From assembly GCA_011109175.1 (NCBI GenBank), contig RDEW01000004.1:2018783-2082782 (forward strand): a stretch of 64,000 bases of DNA. The letters are read 5' to 3'. Within the stretch, counting starts at the first letter, position 1. Each line of letters starts with the position of its first letter. Below are positions 1 to 12,800 of this stretch, piece after piece. This DNA comes from Dicyema japonicum. Lineage: Eukaryota; Animalia; Dicyemida. The translations under genes were made by a program, and so were the position numbers. The notes beneath the pieces are model-generated. The model saw nothing but the letters and a program-made list of their open reading frames with translations, ran no database searches and was not told where the DNA came from.

Positions 1-276
1 TCGATTAGGTCATTTCTAATAGTCTGTTAGGTCCTAATAATATGTCTTAGTTACGCTTACGTCATCCTGATCATGGTATATGGAGAGATTACGTCATAAA
101 TGAACAATATTCAAACAATTTGTTTAATCAATGTTTTCACTAATATTTGAGTTGCCGGATTGATTTTAAATCCCATTAATTATGCTTTGGTGGAGATGTT
201 CTCTTTGCTTTTCCCATGACTCGACGTGAAAGCTGAGGATCTATGAATAGACACACTCCATGCGCGGAAAAAAACG

Positions 277-560
277 ATGAGGGCAAAGGAGAAGAAATAC
301 GAAGCCCTACGAGACCGATTCGCGTTCTATCCAATTGTGGTCGAGACAACTGGAAGAATAAGTGGAAAATCGCTTCGCTTCCTAAAGAAACTTGGACGCC
401 TAGCTACACTAGAAAGCCACGACGCACATGAGACCCGGTTGGCTTCTCCAGTTGATTTCTGTTGCAATCGTGAGAGGCAACGCGACGTCGATAATGTCGG
501 TGAGGACCACTTTGGATGAATCGCTGTGTTAATTAATTATTTTTAAATTATTAAAATCAA
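277..560 (+). mobile_element. CRE-clade non-LTR retrotransposon, 3' fragment (REL endonuclease C-terminus)
   Basis: ORF 277..519 reads FYPIVVETTGRISGKSLRFLKKLGRL and, after a frameshift, WLLQLISVAIVRGNA; this is the typical CRE C-terminus. Homologous DNA at 16947-17110 (+) and 9755-9845 (-). Confidence 0.75.
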
Positions 561-899
561 TAATAATAAAAAATTTGAATTGCATGCAAATTAAAGTTCG
601 ATAAATGATTCATCCTCAAGGTGAATAATCCGAGTGTTTCAATATCTAATAATTCTGAATAATACGAGCTCCAAGTCTGCATGCACTGTTACAACAAGGA
701 AATAAATTTCATTAAAATCTGACATGAAATTTAATAAAACAGCAGTAATTCCTCCAATTTGTCATTAATCGCCCTAAGCACTTAAGAATGTCTACAAGAC
801 TCCCTCAAAGCACTCCCAATTACAGGCCAGATTCAGCCGACAGCTTAATTATCATAAGCGGGAAAAATTAATCGTTCGGTCACTATATTAAAACGAAAA

Positions 900-2400
900 T
901 CACCCAAGAACGCCATTTCGTGTGTAATGTCGCTGCTTCTGACACTTTTCCTGACATATTTCCATATTTCACAGAGTGGGGTCGGCAAAAAAGGTCTTAT
1001 TATGTTGTATGGTAGTCTGCTATTCCATAACTAATGGTTTGTCGACTTCTTCTGGTGTGGATCGACTCAGGTTGTACAGAGGCATATACGGAGGTTGCAC
1101 CAAAGTGGTGGGTCCGCTGGAAATAACTCATGTGAGCCTCCAGCAAAACGAGACTCTCAATTTTCTTGGAGGAATTCGTGAGGTTTTTTGTAATGAAGAC
1201 TGAAGATAACTGACTATCTTCTAATATATAAGGTTACTGCCAAGGAACTGAAATTGTCCAATCTGAGCTTGATTATGGGAATAATCTCTTCATGGGCAGA
1301 GGGATCATGATCTCGGACTCACAAATAGAGAATTTCGACCTTCGATCACTTGCTGGTTTTATAATTTGATTTCTGATCGTAGAAGTATCCAGGGGATCCA
1401 TTTATGTGAGGAATGTGAGGGGATTCCGCAGTATTTCAGCCATATCCTTTGAAGAATTTGTCGTTGACAAGTCGAGACAGAAGATTGTGACTGATTTTAC
1501 CCTCGAAAGTTCCATTTGAATAAATAATCCAGCAGAAACATCATGTCCCCCCACTGCCAAGGCTACAATCACAAATCCTACTGCTGGTCTGAGAATGAGT
1601 GCCAGATCTGTTCATTTGATTATCAATATTCTACTAGTTAAAAGACTACGTTGCCATAGAATGTGCTGATCAATGCATATTGAAGGGAAGTGCGGCAATT
1701 TGTGTCAAATCGAAGACCACGAGGACCTCTAATTATATTGATAAAGGTATTACCTTTCCCTCAGCCACAGTATCTGTGGACTATAAATTTTCCAAGGTTT
1801 CTGTCTCCTCGGGGAGATTGCCTTCAGGAATGTCTGCTTGAGGGTCAGTTCTGGTAGAACTCCTTATGGTTGTTCTCTGATCATCCTGTATGTTCAACCT
1901 ACAGAAATGGGAAGATTACTGAAATTACTCATTCGAACATCCACGACTTTGAGGATTGCCTAATAATTGAGGGGAGTCTGATTTATTTCCCAACTGGGTA
2001 CTCATTCAAGGTAAATATTCTAGTGGGACATGATGGCTTCAGATCTTGAAATACTCAGATCTGTGAGGGCTGTGACGGGGTTCATTTACGTTACAGTTCC
2101 TGTGGGGGTTGAAAGTCTTGATTTCCTCGGAAATATTGCTTATGTTGGCGGGGATTTCGTGTATTCTGTTATTTAACGTTGTAGCCACATGGGGTACTCC
2201 ATAATAATATTTGACGTGTACAGATCGAATTTGAGGAGTCTTGGTTGGCCAGTCTTTCAGTTTGAAGTAATTATGCTATCCTCAGAGACTGATTTCATTG
2301 GGCGGGTGAATCTCTCTGTCTGCCCTACGTCTTTTTCGGTTTAGAATTTTGGTGAAACTTCCTGAATCCCCCGTGAAACGTCTCGGAATGCTTAAGAGAA
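900..2400 (-). mobile_element. Degenerate Ty3/gypsy LTR retrotransposon remnant (gag to RT N-terminus)
   Basis: Minus strand gives a gag-like IPRRFTGDSGSF motif (ORF 2282..2578) and, ~1.3 kb downstream, PPYMPLYNLSRSTPEEVDK, resembling the gypsy RT N-terminus. No LTRs found. Confidence 0.45.
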
Positions 2401-2559
2401 TTCTTGAATTCGCCATAGAATGGCTTCCACGTTTTTCCAGAAATTGTGAGTTTGTTGTTAGTTTTTTAATTGTTTGATTGATAGGATAAATAAGAAAATT
2501 TATTTGTCCTCCTTTACAAAAAACAACTCCTATGCGAATCGCTGGACAGATTACACCTT

Positions 2560-3500
2560 CTTGACTCACACTCAGCACTATTCCTCATGAAAAGAAGTCT
2601 TAACATTCAGAGAATCGTTTACTCAGGACAGCTCGGTACTATTCCCAACTAGAGCAGCTTGAGCACTTTGATTTGTCTTTCCTCAACTCGACGGAGAAAA
2701 TATTTAATGTCAAATTCGACGATGCTACATGGAAGCAAGCTACACTCCCAGTTAGATTTGGGGTCTTGGAATCCGTCGTACTTTGCACGTCTCACCTCCT
2801 GCACATCTGTCTTCACTCACGGCCTCCGAACCTTTGGTCAGGATGATTCTACACTCCCTACCCGAATTCTCAATTGATCAAGACATAATCCACGTACGAG
2901 AAGTCTGAAATGCCACCAACACCCGCTGTCTCCTTCACAAGACTGTTAGCGAATCCTGGACAATTTATTGTGCTGGAAATCATTTGGACTCCTACTGGAA
3001 TCGGCCAATCAGCACCGACGCGCTTGTTTGCTTTCGGGGGCTTTCCCTGAGAGCAGAGCTTGGCTAAACGCCATCCCAAATGGAGCTCTGGGAACTTTTC
3101 TGGATAAAGAATGCGTTAGAAGTGGTATCTCTCTGCGACTGAGACTGAAAGTATGTGTACCTCACCCGTGCCGATGTGGTGTCCTGATAGACTGCTATGG
3201 CCTGCACCCTCTCGCCTGCAAGAAGAGCGCTGGCAGATCTCCAAGGCACAAGGCTCTGAATAAAATTGTCAAGTGAGCTATGGATGCTGCTGGATACTCG
3301 GCCATTCTTGAATTGGTCGGGTTGTGCAGAAATGACAGGAAACGACCGGACGAGATTACTATATTTCGCTTTGAGGCCGGGAAACCACTTGTTTGGGACG
3401 TGACATGTACAGATACGTTCGCCCAGAACAATCATCACGAGTGCGCTTCAAGAGCCTGCTTTGCAACCATCTGACGATACCATAACTTAGAGCCGGTGAA
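2560..3500 (+). mobile_element. CRE-clade element, post-RT region, zinc knuckle and REL endonuclease
   Basis: ORFs 2968..3276 and 3280..3474: AWLNAIP-GALGTFLD, LRLRL, CRCGVLIDCYGLHPLAC..GRSPRHKALN, KRPD, GKPLVWDVTCTDTFA. Confidence 0.85.
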
Positions 3501-3936
3501 CCATATTATTACTGAACTTTCGCTATGTCACGGTCATAGCAAAGCACGTATAAACAGAGAAACTAACAGCAGCGTTTCCTTTTCCAGTTGCTTTAGTCGC
3601 AAATAATCCACTTGGTACATGCAGGCAGTGTTGCAGATGAATAAATCATTCGCTTGTCAGAATTTATCAAGTATGGTTCATTGTATGTTTCTTCTCCCTT
3701 ACCTTCCTTTCCTATGAAGGTTTTCTCCTCGCAATCCGAGTGCGACTTTGGCATTCAGATATTCAAGAATAAATACTAAGGAATGTATCCGATCCCGACT
3801 TTATATTTTTTTAGTTTTTATTTTCCAAATTTTTTATAGTCATCTAACATTGAACGTAAGGACATTAATGCAAGTTGCAGCTAGTTTCTTGGGTTTTAGA
3901 CATTTTTATTAGCCACGTCACTAGCTCAACCAAAAA
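3500..3936 (-). mobile_element. RTE-clade LINE, 5' fragment with internally deleted APE domain
   Basis: 5' motif TTTTTGGTTGAGCTAGTGACGTGGCT (3936-3911), ATG at 3903, then INVLTFNVR, LNAKV and ANDLFICNT in order but compressed. Confidence 0.7.
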
Positions 3937-4143
3937 TGAACTACCACGTAAAAATTAAAATTTTGTAACAACATCGTCAGAAAATATATTTATTCATTTT
4001 AATAAAAAACACAGAAATCAATAAAAATGATTTAATTTAAATAAAAATAAAACTAAATTATTCTAGAATTATTATTAATTTAGTGAAATTACTACTCTAA
4101 ATGTTTCAGTAATTTTTAAAAATTAAAATATGACTATTTCCAG

Positions 4144-4530
4144 TTATTGGCTGAGGTGGTGACGTCCCTCAATTAGATGTATTTGTAAAACACACCAATG
4201 AGAAATCGTACTTATCAAAAAACAAGACCTATACACAATTTGTAAATCGAAGCACATATATAAAATTATTACTAAGACCCGATGGGGATTATTTGGGCAC
4301 ATATTATGAATGAATCATGCCATCCATGCTTACGATGTTATGCAATCATATTTCTGCTCGGGCAGCTTTTAGAGGGAAACCACGAACAATGAACATCGAT
4401 CTAAAACATGTTTAAATAGCATTAGAAGACGCAAATGATCTAGACAGCTCGAGAGCATGGAGAAGTCTAACAGAGCGAATCATCTGGGGGTTGCACAAGC
4501 GACGGCAGGGTATAACTGTTTTATTGCGAA
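4144..4530 (+). mobile_element. Short bipartite RTE derivative (5' motif joined to the ORF C-terminus)
   Basis: GGCTGAGGTGGTGACGTCCCTC is followed within ~60 bp by sequence translating to RWGLFGHI, FRGKPRT and WRSLTERI, homologous to 42353..42670. Confidence 0.7.
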
Positions 4531-4974
4531 TGTTAATTGCTTAGAAAGTTGAGATGGTCACGTACCTTGATATCACAGAATGTCTAATAGCTTTATGACT
4601 GATAAATAGCATTGTCTTCCTCCTCATCAGAATAGATAAAGAAACGGAGCCAGAGGACATCAAAGTTTAATTACTATCTGAATACTAAAGAAGTTTGTTA
4701 ATTCCAAATTAAATCTGAGAATTCCCCCAAGCACATCAGCGAATGTTATCACGGAAAACTATACTTCTCGGACGTCCATGTACAATGCTTCTGAAATTCT
4801 TAATGCCGATCTTAGCTTGTAAATAAAGCACTATTGGACACTAAGATATTTGAACTGTTTGGCGTCGAATAAAGGGGTGGAATCGATTGGTTAACAAAAT
4901 CATCAAAGTGCTAATAGTAAGTGAAAATAGGATATTTTATTAAAAAGTAGTTTAAATTAAAGTTGTTATGACGT

Positions 4975-5250
4975 ATCCATTATGACCTGGAGGTATTGAG
5001 CACGCGATGGGAGATACCTTTCATAATCTCGAGCCCAATGTTCTGGAAAAGCCATCCCGTCATTCTAGGTTCACCCTTCCCTTTCCCTACAAGCCGTCCG
5101 ATTAACCTGATCCGGTTTCGCAGTGAGATGTTCACTGATAACGGCATCATTCGTCAAGCCAAAGCATTGTAGATGCCTGGAACCTTCAGCCGGAATGTAC
5201 AGCTGCTAGATTAGGACCCCTCAGGCCTTTTACAGCTCTCGCTACAGCGC
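4975..5250 (-). mobile_element. CRE-clade 3' fragment (subfamily with MRGNSHxVLN end)
   Basis: Minus strand GWLFQNIGLEIMKGISHRVLNT; DNA similar to 38240-38345 (-) and 53300-53390 (+). Confidence 0.6.
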
Positions 5251-5739
5251 CACTCGGAATTTAATATATAGTTATTGTAGATAATGTTAATTTATTGTAT
5301 TTTATGATTTTTTAATAAAATGTAATATAAAGTAATTTATTATTATATGAAGGTTATGACTAGATTAACGTATCCTTTTTCTTTTGCGAGGATCTTAACC
5401 AGCCATCCACATGACTACCTCATCGGACTCCTAGTTTGCCTCCTGATTTTCTATTTCTCTTGAAACAAAATGCTTATGTCCTTCTTAAGTAGGAGTAGAA
5501 TTACCTCAAAGATATCAGTAATGCTTTCAACACTCTAATAATAATATTCCGGTGGAGTGTATAGAAAGTTGCCCTAATATCTTCAAAATACCAATTGTAA
5601 ATTTTCCGACTTTGTTCTTTGATCCTTATCACTAGAGAGCAATGGTGTATGCATTTTGTGACAAGCAATGCTTATTTTGATTATTTATATTCAACTTTCA
5701 CGCCTCACTATTTCTCATGAGGAGCAGTCTCACTATACA

Positions 5740-6240
5740 GGTGCTTGCATAAATTCTTAGGCGGTTCCCTATTTTTACAAACAGACGTACCTACGGTCTC
5801 TTTGGCCTGCCCGTTTCTGGAGCTTCACTGTCTCAAACGGAGCACTGTAGAGTTTCTAAACGACGATTCCGTTAAAAATGGATTTTCATTACTCCTTGGA
5901 CTTAATTAAACCACATTCTGTCGATGCGATGATCAGATCGACTGTTTTGGTCAACGTCCACTCGCCTGTAAAGAATGCTGGAAAATCTCTAAGATACTAA
6001 GCCCTAACGAAGTCGCCAAAGGGGCTATAGATGCTGCCGGATATCTGTCTTTGCTCGAACCTGTCGGTTTGTGTAGGAAGATGTTAATCTTTTAGTTTGA
6101 AGCTGGAAAGCTTCTGGTCAGAGACATTATCTGCACGGATGCCTTCCCTGCAAACTACATTTACCAAAGCGCATCTGGGTAACTGAGAAGCCGAATTGTT
6201 GCGAAAAAAATATTCTGCATGCTTAGTGAATGATGTTTGC
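5740..6240 (+). mobile_element. CRE-clade fragment (zinc knuckle and REL region)
   Basis: DNA colinear with 3100-3430 (gctatagatgctgccggata, gaacctgtcggtttgtgtagg, tttgaagctggaaag, tgcacggat), with stops and indels. Confidence 0.75.
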
Positions 6241-6759
6241 TTCTCTTGCTTATTTTAACAAAAACAATCAATGATCGGAGCAGGAATAATTGTCAATATG
6301 CTAATATGTCTTCGTTCCTACATCTAACTCTCAAGGTTTTAGAGACCTTAGTATACATCTTGAAGAACTTTGGCGATCATTGAAGAACTGATTTTCTACA
6401 CCAAAACTTGTTTCAGTACATCGCGACAGTTTTGTTTTTTGAAAATCCAAAAGTTAGAATCCCATTCCACCGAATTCCTCACAAACGTCAAATTAGATGA
6501 TCAAGGGGAGACAAAACAAATTTCATTCGCTTAGGCAGCATTGTGTGAGATTAATTTACAAACCTTAAAAATAGTAGAAATTCCATCAAACACTAAATCG
6601 AAACCGACAAAAAACATCCATCATTGTATTTTTCACCGAGAGATGTAGCGTCGGAAATTTCTCGATTAAACAACACACATTCCTGATATTAAACGGGATC
6701 TCAGCAATCCTGTTGAAAAATTGGTCACTGTGGCTGATTCTTCACTAACGAGCATTTTC

Positions 6760-7420
6760 AATTCAATCTTCGCTATATGAAAACAATCTATTATTCATCC
6801 AATCCTGAAGCCTGGAAAACCAAAGGAAGACCCCGGCTCCTAGAGACCGATGTCGCTTTTGTGTGTGCAGACAAGAACCCCAGAAAGACTGGTTATGACA
6901 CTCATCCGCCCTTTTCTCTTAGACGCATGGTTTCAGCATGGCTTAAAGAGTGAGCGTCGACTGACCTTGACACCTAAATACATTAAAGGAATTCATAACA
7001 GATTGCCTAAACAAAAGACGATTGTCTGCTCAGTTGACATATTTGACTCTGTTCAGAGATCACCACAAACAAAATTTATTCGTCGACCACTGACGCAAAT
7101 CTGAAGTTATGGAAAATTTCTTGAGCTGTCGCCGGGGCGAGTACGACACGGTAATCGATATTCTTCATCCTGACTATTATTATCAATGGGCTTCCTCAGG
7201 GTTCCCATCAATCTTACTACAAATAACCTAACAATTTCACAAGATGACGACATATTATGGTCCTATATATTTGTTGCATCAAGGGATGTGAGTATTATAG
7301 ACGCTAAGATTACAAGCTTTTTGGAAAATAATAGAAAACGAGTTCTTAAAAGTCTGTTTTTACCCTTTTCACGTCAAACAGAAGACCGAATATAATTCCT
7401 TCATATTTGGAAATACGAAT
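6760..7420 (+). mobile_element. ingi/Vingi-like LINE, decayed RT fragment
   Basis: PILKPGKPKEDPGSYRPMSLLC, FQHG, CSVDIFDSV and GLPQG; similar to the RT at 46900-47500. Confidence 0.75.
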
Positions 7421-9754
7421 AGTGTTTGTCTTTGCTAACGCATTCTTAAAGCATTTTTTACGAAAGCTCCCGTTTTTCAATCTCAAGTGCACGGAGTCTA
7501 CCATAAAAATGTTAAAATGCGGACTAAGGGCGATTTTTTAGAGAAAGTCATTAAATTCAATGTAATCTTTTGAGAGATATAGAGTACATTCTTCAAAAGC
7601 GATTTTCTCCGTATAAGGATGTTTGAGAAAGAATTTCAGTGTCTTTCCTGAGATATATCTGAAATTAGCAAATTTTAGAAAATTATGTCCTCGATGTCGA
7701 CATACTGTGTCTGGCTCAATGAGTAGAGGTAATTAGTATTTCTTGTTGCGTGAACAATCAACACCAGGTTTTCCAACACGACGTTTGATCCATCAAAGCC
7801 AAACCATGTTTTGACTGACACAAATTCATATTTCATAGAATTAACACATGAATTTCCTGTTTACAGGTTTTGACGGTAAAAATTGACGTCTATTCACTCT
7901 ACGTCCACTAAAGTTAAAGTTTCTCCAAACTTGAGTTTCGATTTATTAGTTGAAACATGAAAGTTGATATGCTTCCATCAATAATGCTCACTGAGCCTCT
8001 CCTGCGCATCAGACAATGGTTTGCAATATTTGAGTTCTTGAGTTACTTTTTATGAAGGTCTGCTCAATTTAGAACCAGATCCACCAATTCCGTTAAATTT
8101 GATTGTCTCTGTCATTCAATATGAGACTCCGATAATGTAGGTAAGTTCTTTGGATGGCTGATCAATCAGGCCAGGTATTAGTGACCAATCTTGTTTTTTT
8201 TATACTCGCCTGTGGGTGGTCTTTGAGCAATATTGTCCGAATTTACTAGTCTTTAAGACTGCGATCCGTGCAGGAAATGTAGAGACGAATTCAATAACGC
8301 GTTATTACGTTCAAGATTTTCCTGTGCGATAGATGGGAGATAAGTAGATGGCATCCTCAGCAATGATAATAATTTTCAGGGGGAGAAAAGAAGATATCGT
8401 CGGTAGCGTTTAAGAAGAGTCTTCCTTCGAATATGTCACGTATATAATCTCGCATTTGCAAAAATTTGACTCCAGTCAATGTCCAGAAAGAGTTACCTTT
8501 GTCGACCTCTGTCGCCACAGTTATCTATTTTCGCCCACAGTTAGATATTTATATCTTATCCCGAAAATAGGACCACCAAGAAAAAAAGAGTTAAACTATA
8601 TAATTAAGTGACCCCGTAGACCTCAACAGGATCTAGAGTTTTTTTCTGTGCTTCTCCATATAGCCACAGCTTTTCTGAATCTACGACGTTCATATTTCAT
8701 GAGAATTTGTGGAGGCGTGGGTTTTTTTCTCAATTTACGTGTACCACCGTGCGAAACATAACTTTTCAAAAATTCTGAAATCTTATCTTTTTGAGCAAGA
8801 TTTTATTTCATTTTTAAAATATGTGTGTATATACAAAATAAAAAGTTTTGGTTGGGATCTTGCGACACCCAATTTGAGTGAAAGCGTGTCCTTGATATGA
8901 GAGGAAGTGCATAGATGTTAACAAGAGACAATTTTCCTTAAGGAAGTTATAGTCCAATTAACTTTTTACTATTGATTAAAATTTTGTCATTTTCCTAATA
9001 CATCACGATTGTCACGGTGAATTTATCATTTCCAATGAATTTACTTGTAGATAATCTTCAGGCTTTTCTGAGTAATGTGAAGAATTCCTCCACCATATGA
9101 TGTTAAACCAATAAAAAAGGGGCGTCATTAGCTGATAAGTGAATTATGTGACTTAACATGTGTTGAAGTAGTTAAGTCCATTTGAACCCGCATCCGTTTA
9201 GTTCTCTGTATTTCGACTATCTCGTGAACTTAACACTCTTGACAAAATGGCCGTCTTTATTAACAATATTATCCTGGAATCTATGACGTTCTAAAAAGGA
9301 AAGCCAGTTATACCAATAGACACGGAATTATGGCTCTAGTCAAATAAAGAAATCGTCTCAAAATTGGGGAAGACTTTCTTCCGATGCAAGGCTTCATCTA
9401 AAATCTTATAGCAATGAAATAAAAGCAAGTGAATTTCAAAATACAGACAACAAAATTAGAGCAAATTCTTCTCCAATGAAAGTATTAATGTAATAATTAT
9501 AAATTCTAAATTTGATTAATTTTTTTTATTTTTATATTCAAATGAAATAAATTTTAATTATGAGTTATTGTCTCAAATATATTTCAAAAAAATTAAATAT
9601 ATTTTTACTCCCAGATAGCTGACTCACTGAGCGTATTTCTTACAAAATAGTAAGCGGTAATCCGCTCTCATTCATGAGTGCAGCCACTTAGATCATTTAA
9701 ATTAGTTGTTTTTAATTAACTTTAATTTAAAAGTAATAATTAATAATTAATTAA

Positions 9755-9845
9755 CACAGTCATCTATCCAAAGTGGTCCTCGTCGACAATATCGATGTGT
9801 CGTTGCCTTTCACGATTGTAACAGAAATCAACTGGATAAGTAATT
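9755..9845 (-). mobile_element. CRE-clade extreme 3' end
   Basis: Reverse complement matches 450-540 (ccagttgatttctgtt..aatcgtga..ggcaacg..gaggaccactttggat). Confidence 0.7.
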
Positions 9846-9869
9846 AGTAGTTTTGTTTTTTGATGCCAA

Positions 9870-12800
9870 GGGTAGACAGCAAAAATCAGGTTAGGGTAGG
9901 ACTAACGATACTACTTTTTCTGGAGGTGCCGAAGGTGGGAGTTCTCAAACTCTTATGCGCATAGGTACTCTGGCTACCTATGCCAATGGAAGGATCGTCA
10001 AACGAAGAGAATACCACTTGTTGGTGGGATTCAGGAACGAAGTGGACGCCTCAGCTTTTGAAGCTGAGGTTAATGATAAAGTACCTTTTGGGCCTGGGGC
10101 ACATAACTTGTCTCGGGTAATCCCCAAGGAAACTGACTCAGTAGTGCTAGTCTTCGGGGTCCTCCTTGACTTGGAGATGATGTACTAGATCACATCAAGA
10201 AGGACTACCCCACGGCGCACAAGATCGAGCGCTTCAAGAGGGGCAGGAGGCTCCGGACCTTGAAGGTCTGGCTTCGATCAGGAGCAGAGGCAGATAGGAT
10301 CTGCCTAGAGAAGGTACGAATTGGTTACTTTAGGTTCGGTGTGGCCCGAGAGCGACCGGTAGCAATCCAATGCTACAGATGCCAAGGATTCGGCCACACC
10401 AGCCCTCGGCACTATAAAGAGAAGTGACTAAATTGCTGGGTCACACATTCACGGAAGGCCTGTCAATCCAAAGTCAGGTTTCTCAAGTGCGTGAACTGTG
10501 GAGAGGAAGGACACAGAACGAGCCACTCGAAATGCTCCCTGATTCATAAGGCTACAGAGAAGGTACTACAGGGGAGAAGGCAGGCACTTTCCTCTGGAGT
10601 AACCAGCGATGTAAGCGCTATCCACCATGTGGTAAGTCGCTCTGCAGCAGCTCCGGCTCAACGTTCCCTAATGCGCTTAGGGACATTGCGCTATGCGATA
10701 TGAAGACGAATGCTTTCAAATGATGTTGAACATCATTTCGGTAAACGTAATGTCCCTCCGGAGAAGAAGGAAGGCCATCGAGGATCTTCTGGACTCCCTG
10801 GAGGTCAACATCTTGGTCCTTAACGAGACAAAGTGTAAGGATACGGCTGCTGCAGACTTTAAAGGCTATACTAGTTGTCATCTCTTGTGGAATGTCATAC
10901 ATCGAGGTTTGGATACTAGTGTCTATCGGAGGACAAGTCTAGCAGCAGTCGTCCAAAGTATATCTCAGTGCCCTCATTGCGAGCTTATATTATTACGCGT
11001 TAGACTTCCTAGTTTTACTATTGTCATTGGGGCAATGTATGCCAAGCAGTTGTGGTTGTGTAAGGATCACATTAAAACTGCCTTCGACATATATCCCGAT
11101 TGCGTTATTTTTGGCGATCTGAATGCTAAGTATTTGGATTTTGGCTGCTTTACTAATAACAAAGGGGGATCGGCACTGCGGAACCTAGCCGGGGATCTTG
11201 GGCTCTCCGTTAATACATCAACGGATCCTAACCAAAAGGATTCAAGAGGAGGAGAGGACTATCTGGGAATGGCCGTAGCCTTTCCATCGTTAATTGGTAT
11301 GCTGTCTGTACTTCGTGTTCTTAGGGACATCGGAAGCGATCACCGTCAGCTACTCACCAAGCTTCAGGAACCTGCTTGATCTCAGGCCCCAATTGGCTAC
11401 GACTTGGGCTCTGGCACTTGAGATAACCTTGAGTCGTTCATGGATAGAAAACTCCCTTTTCTCAAAGGGCAAGTTTGCAGTGAAGAAGACGTGGAGGAAA
11501 TGGATGCCACTGTGCGTGATATCTTTGAAGAATACATGCGGACTAACTTTCGGTTACGTCTGCATAGTGAAAGTTTCGCGTAGATTCTAGGCCTGATTTC
11601 AAGTAAAATAATACTTTGAAAGAGGTACTTGAGATTCCGCTCGAAGTGCGTGTAGGAAGAAAATAGGACCTACTGCAAGAATAGGGCGAACATCCAGAAG
11701 AAGGAAATCATGGAGGGGCTTGTTGACTTCCAGAGTAATAAATGGAAGAGGGCCTGCGAGAGGTTGAACCCTGCATGGCCGGACGTCAACTCAAGCGACT
11801 ATCGGGCAGAGGGTATGCGTCGTCTGCACGTACCTTGAGTCGTGCGGATGGATCTATAACCTCAGACCCAACCGAAGTTTCGAACATCTTCGCAGGTAGA
11901 TTTGGAGACCGAGCGAATTCGTAAGCCTACTGGCGCGCTTGGTAAGGTTGTATAACGGTAGCTTTAGGTTAAGTTACATTCCTAAGCGTTGGAAGGAAGT
12001 GGAACTAGTTTTTGTAAGGAAACCAGGAAAACCACCTGAAGATCCTAATAGCTACCACCCTATAAGCCTGTTGCCTGCCGTTGCTAAAATCTTAGAGAGA
12101 GAGAGAGACAGAGAATGATACACCAAAGGTAACCCAGGAATGCATAATGAGAGACACCCTCTCGGACCTTCAGATGGGATTCCGTGAGGGGCATTCCTGT
12201 TGGGACTGCCTTGAAGGTTGAGCTCTCAGATCCGCAACCACTGGAATCTGAGGCAGTCCACAGCCGCTGTTCCTCGATGTGGAGAGGGCGTTCGACTCGG
12301 TCTGGCATCCGACGCCCTCGTTGAAGGAGGAATTCCCCTGGAACTAAGGAGTTGGTTATCAGCTTCTTAGAGGATCGGACAAACTACGTGAGACATAAAG
12401 GTTGCCGATCCAGTTTGTTTAGATCTAACCGGGGAGTTCCACAAGGGTCGGTTTTGAGCCCAACCTTTTTTAACATATACTTGTCGACACTCCCTCACCC
12501 AGCCAATGTCAGGACGGAGATGGCTGTCCATGCTGATGACATAGTTCTCTGGGATCACTCGTGGAGACCAGATGTGGTGTGTGGGAGGATGCAAGTCGCC
12601 GTTTATAAAATCATACGCTGTGTGAGAGCAGAGGACTCAGGCTGAGGCCGGAGAAATGCAGTTTATTAGTCTTTGACCGCCCTAAGTGGTCTAACAATGT
12701 AATTCCTAGAATGACCATCTATGGGGTACCTATAGAGGTCACTGGGCGGACGAGCTACCTTGGTGTGATTTTCAACTCCAAGTGTAGTTTCCTGGAGCAC

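Noticed and set aside
1-240. Minus-strand NIVHL..DV..DL kinase-like peptide
   Set aside because: Needs frameshifts and no catalytic motif (HRD, DFG) is visible.
8020-8200. IKFNGIGGSG as a retroviral protease flap
   Set aside because: No D-[TS]-G catalytic motif upstream in any nearby frame.
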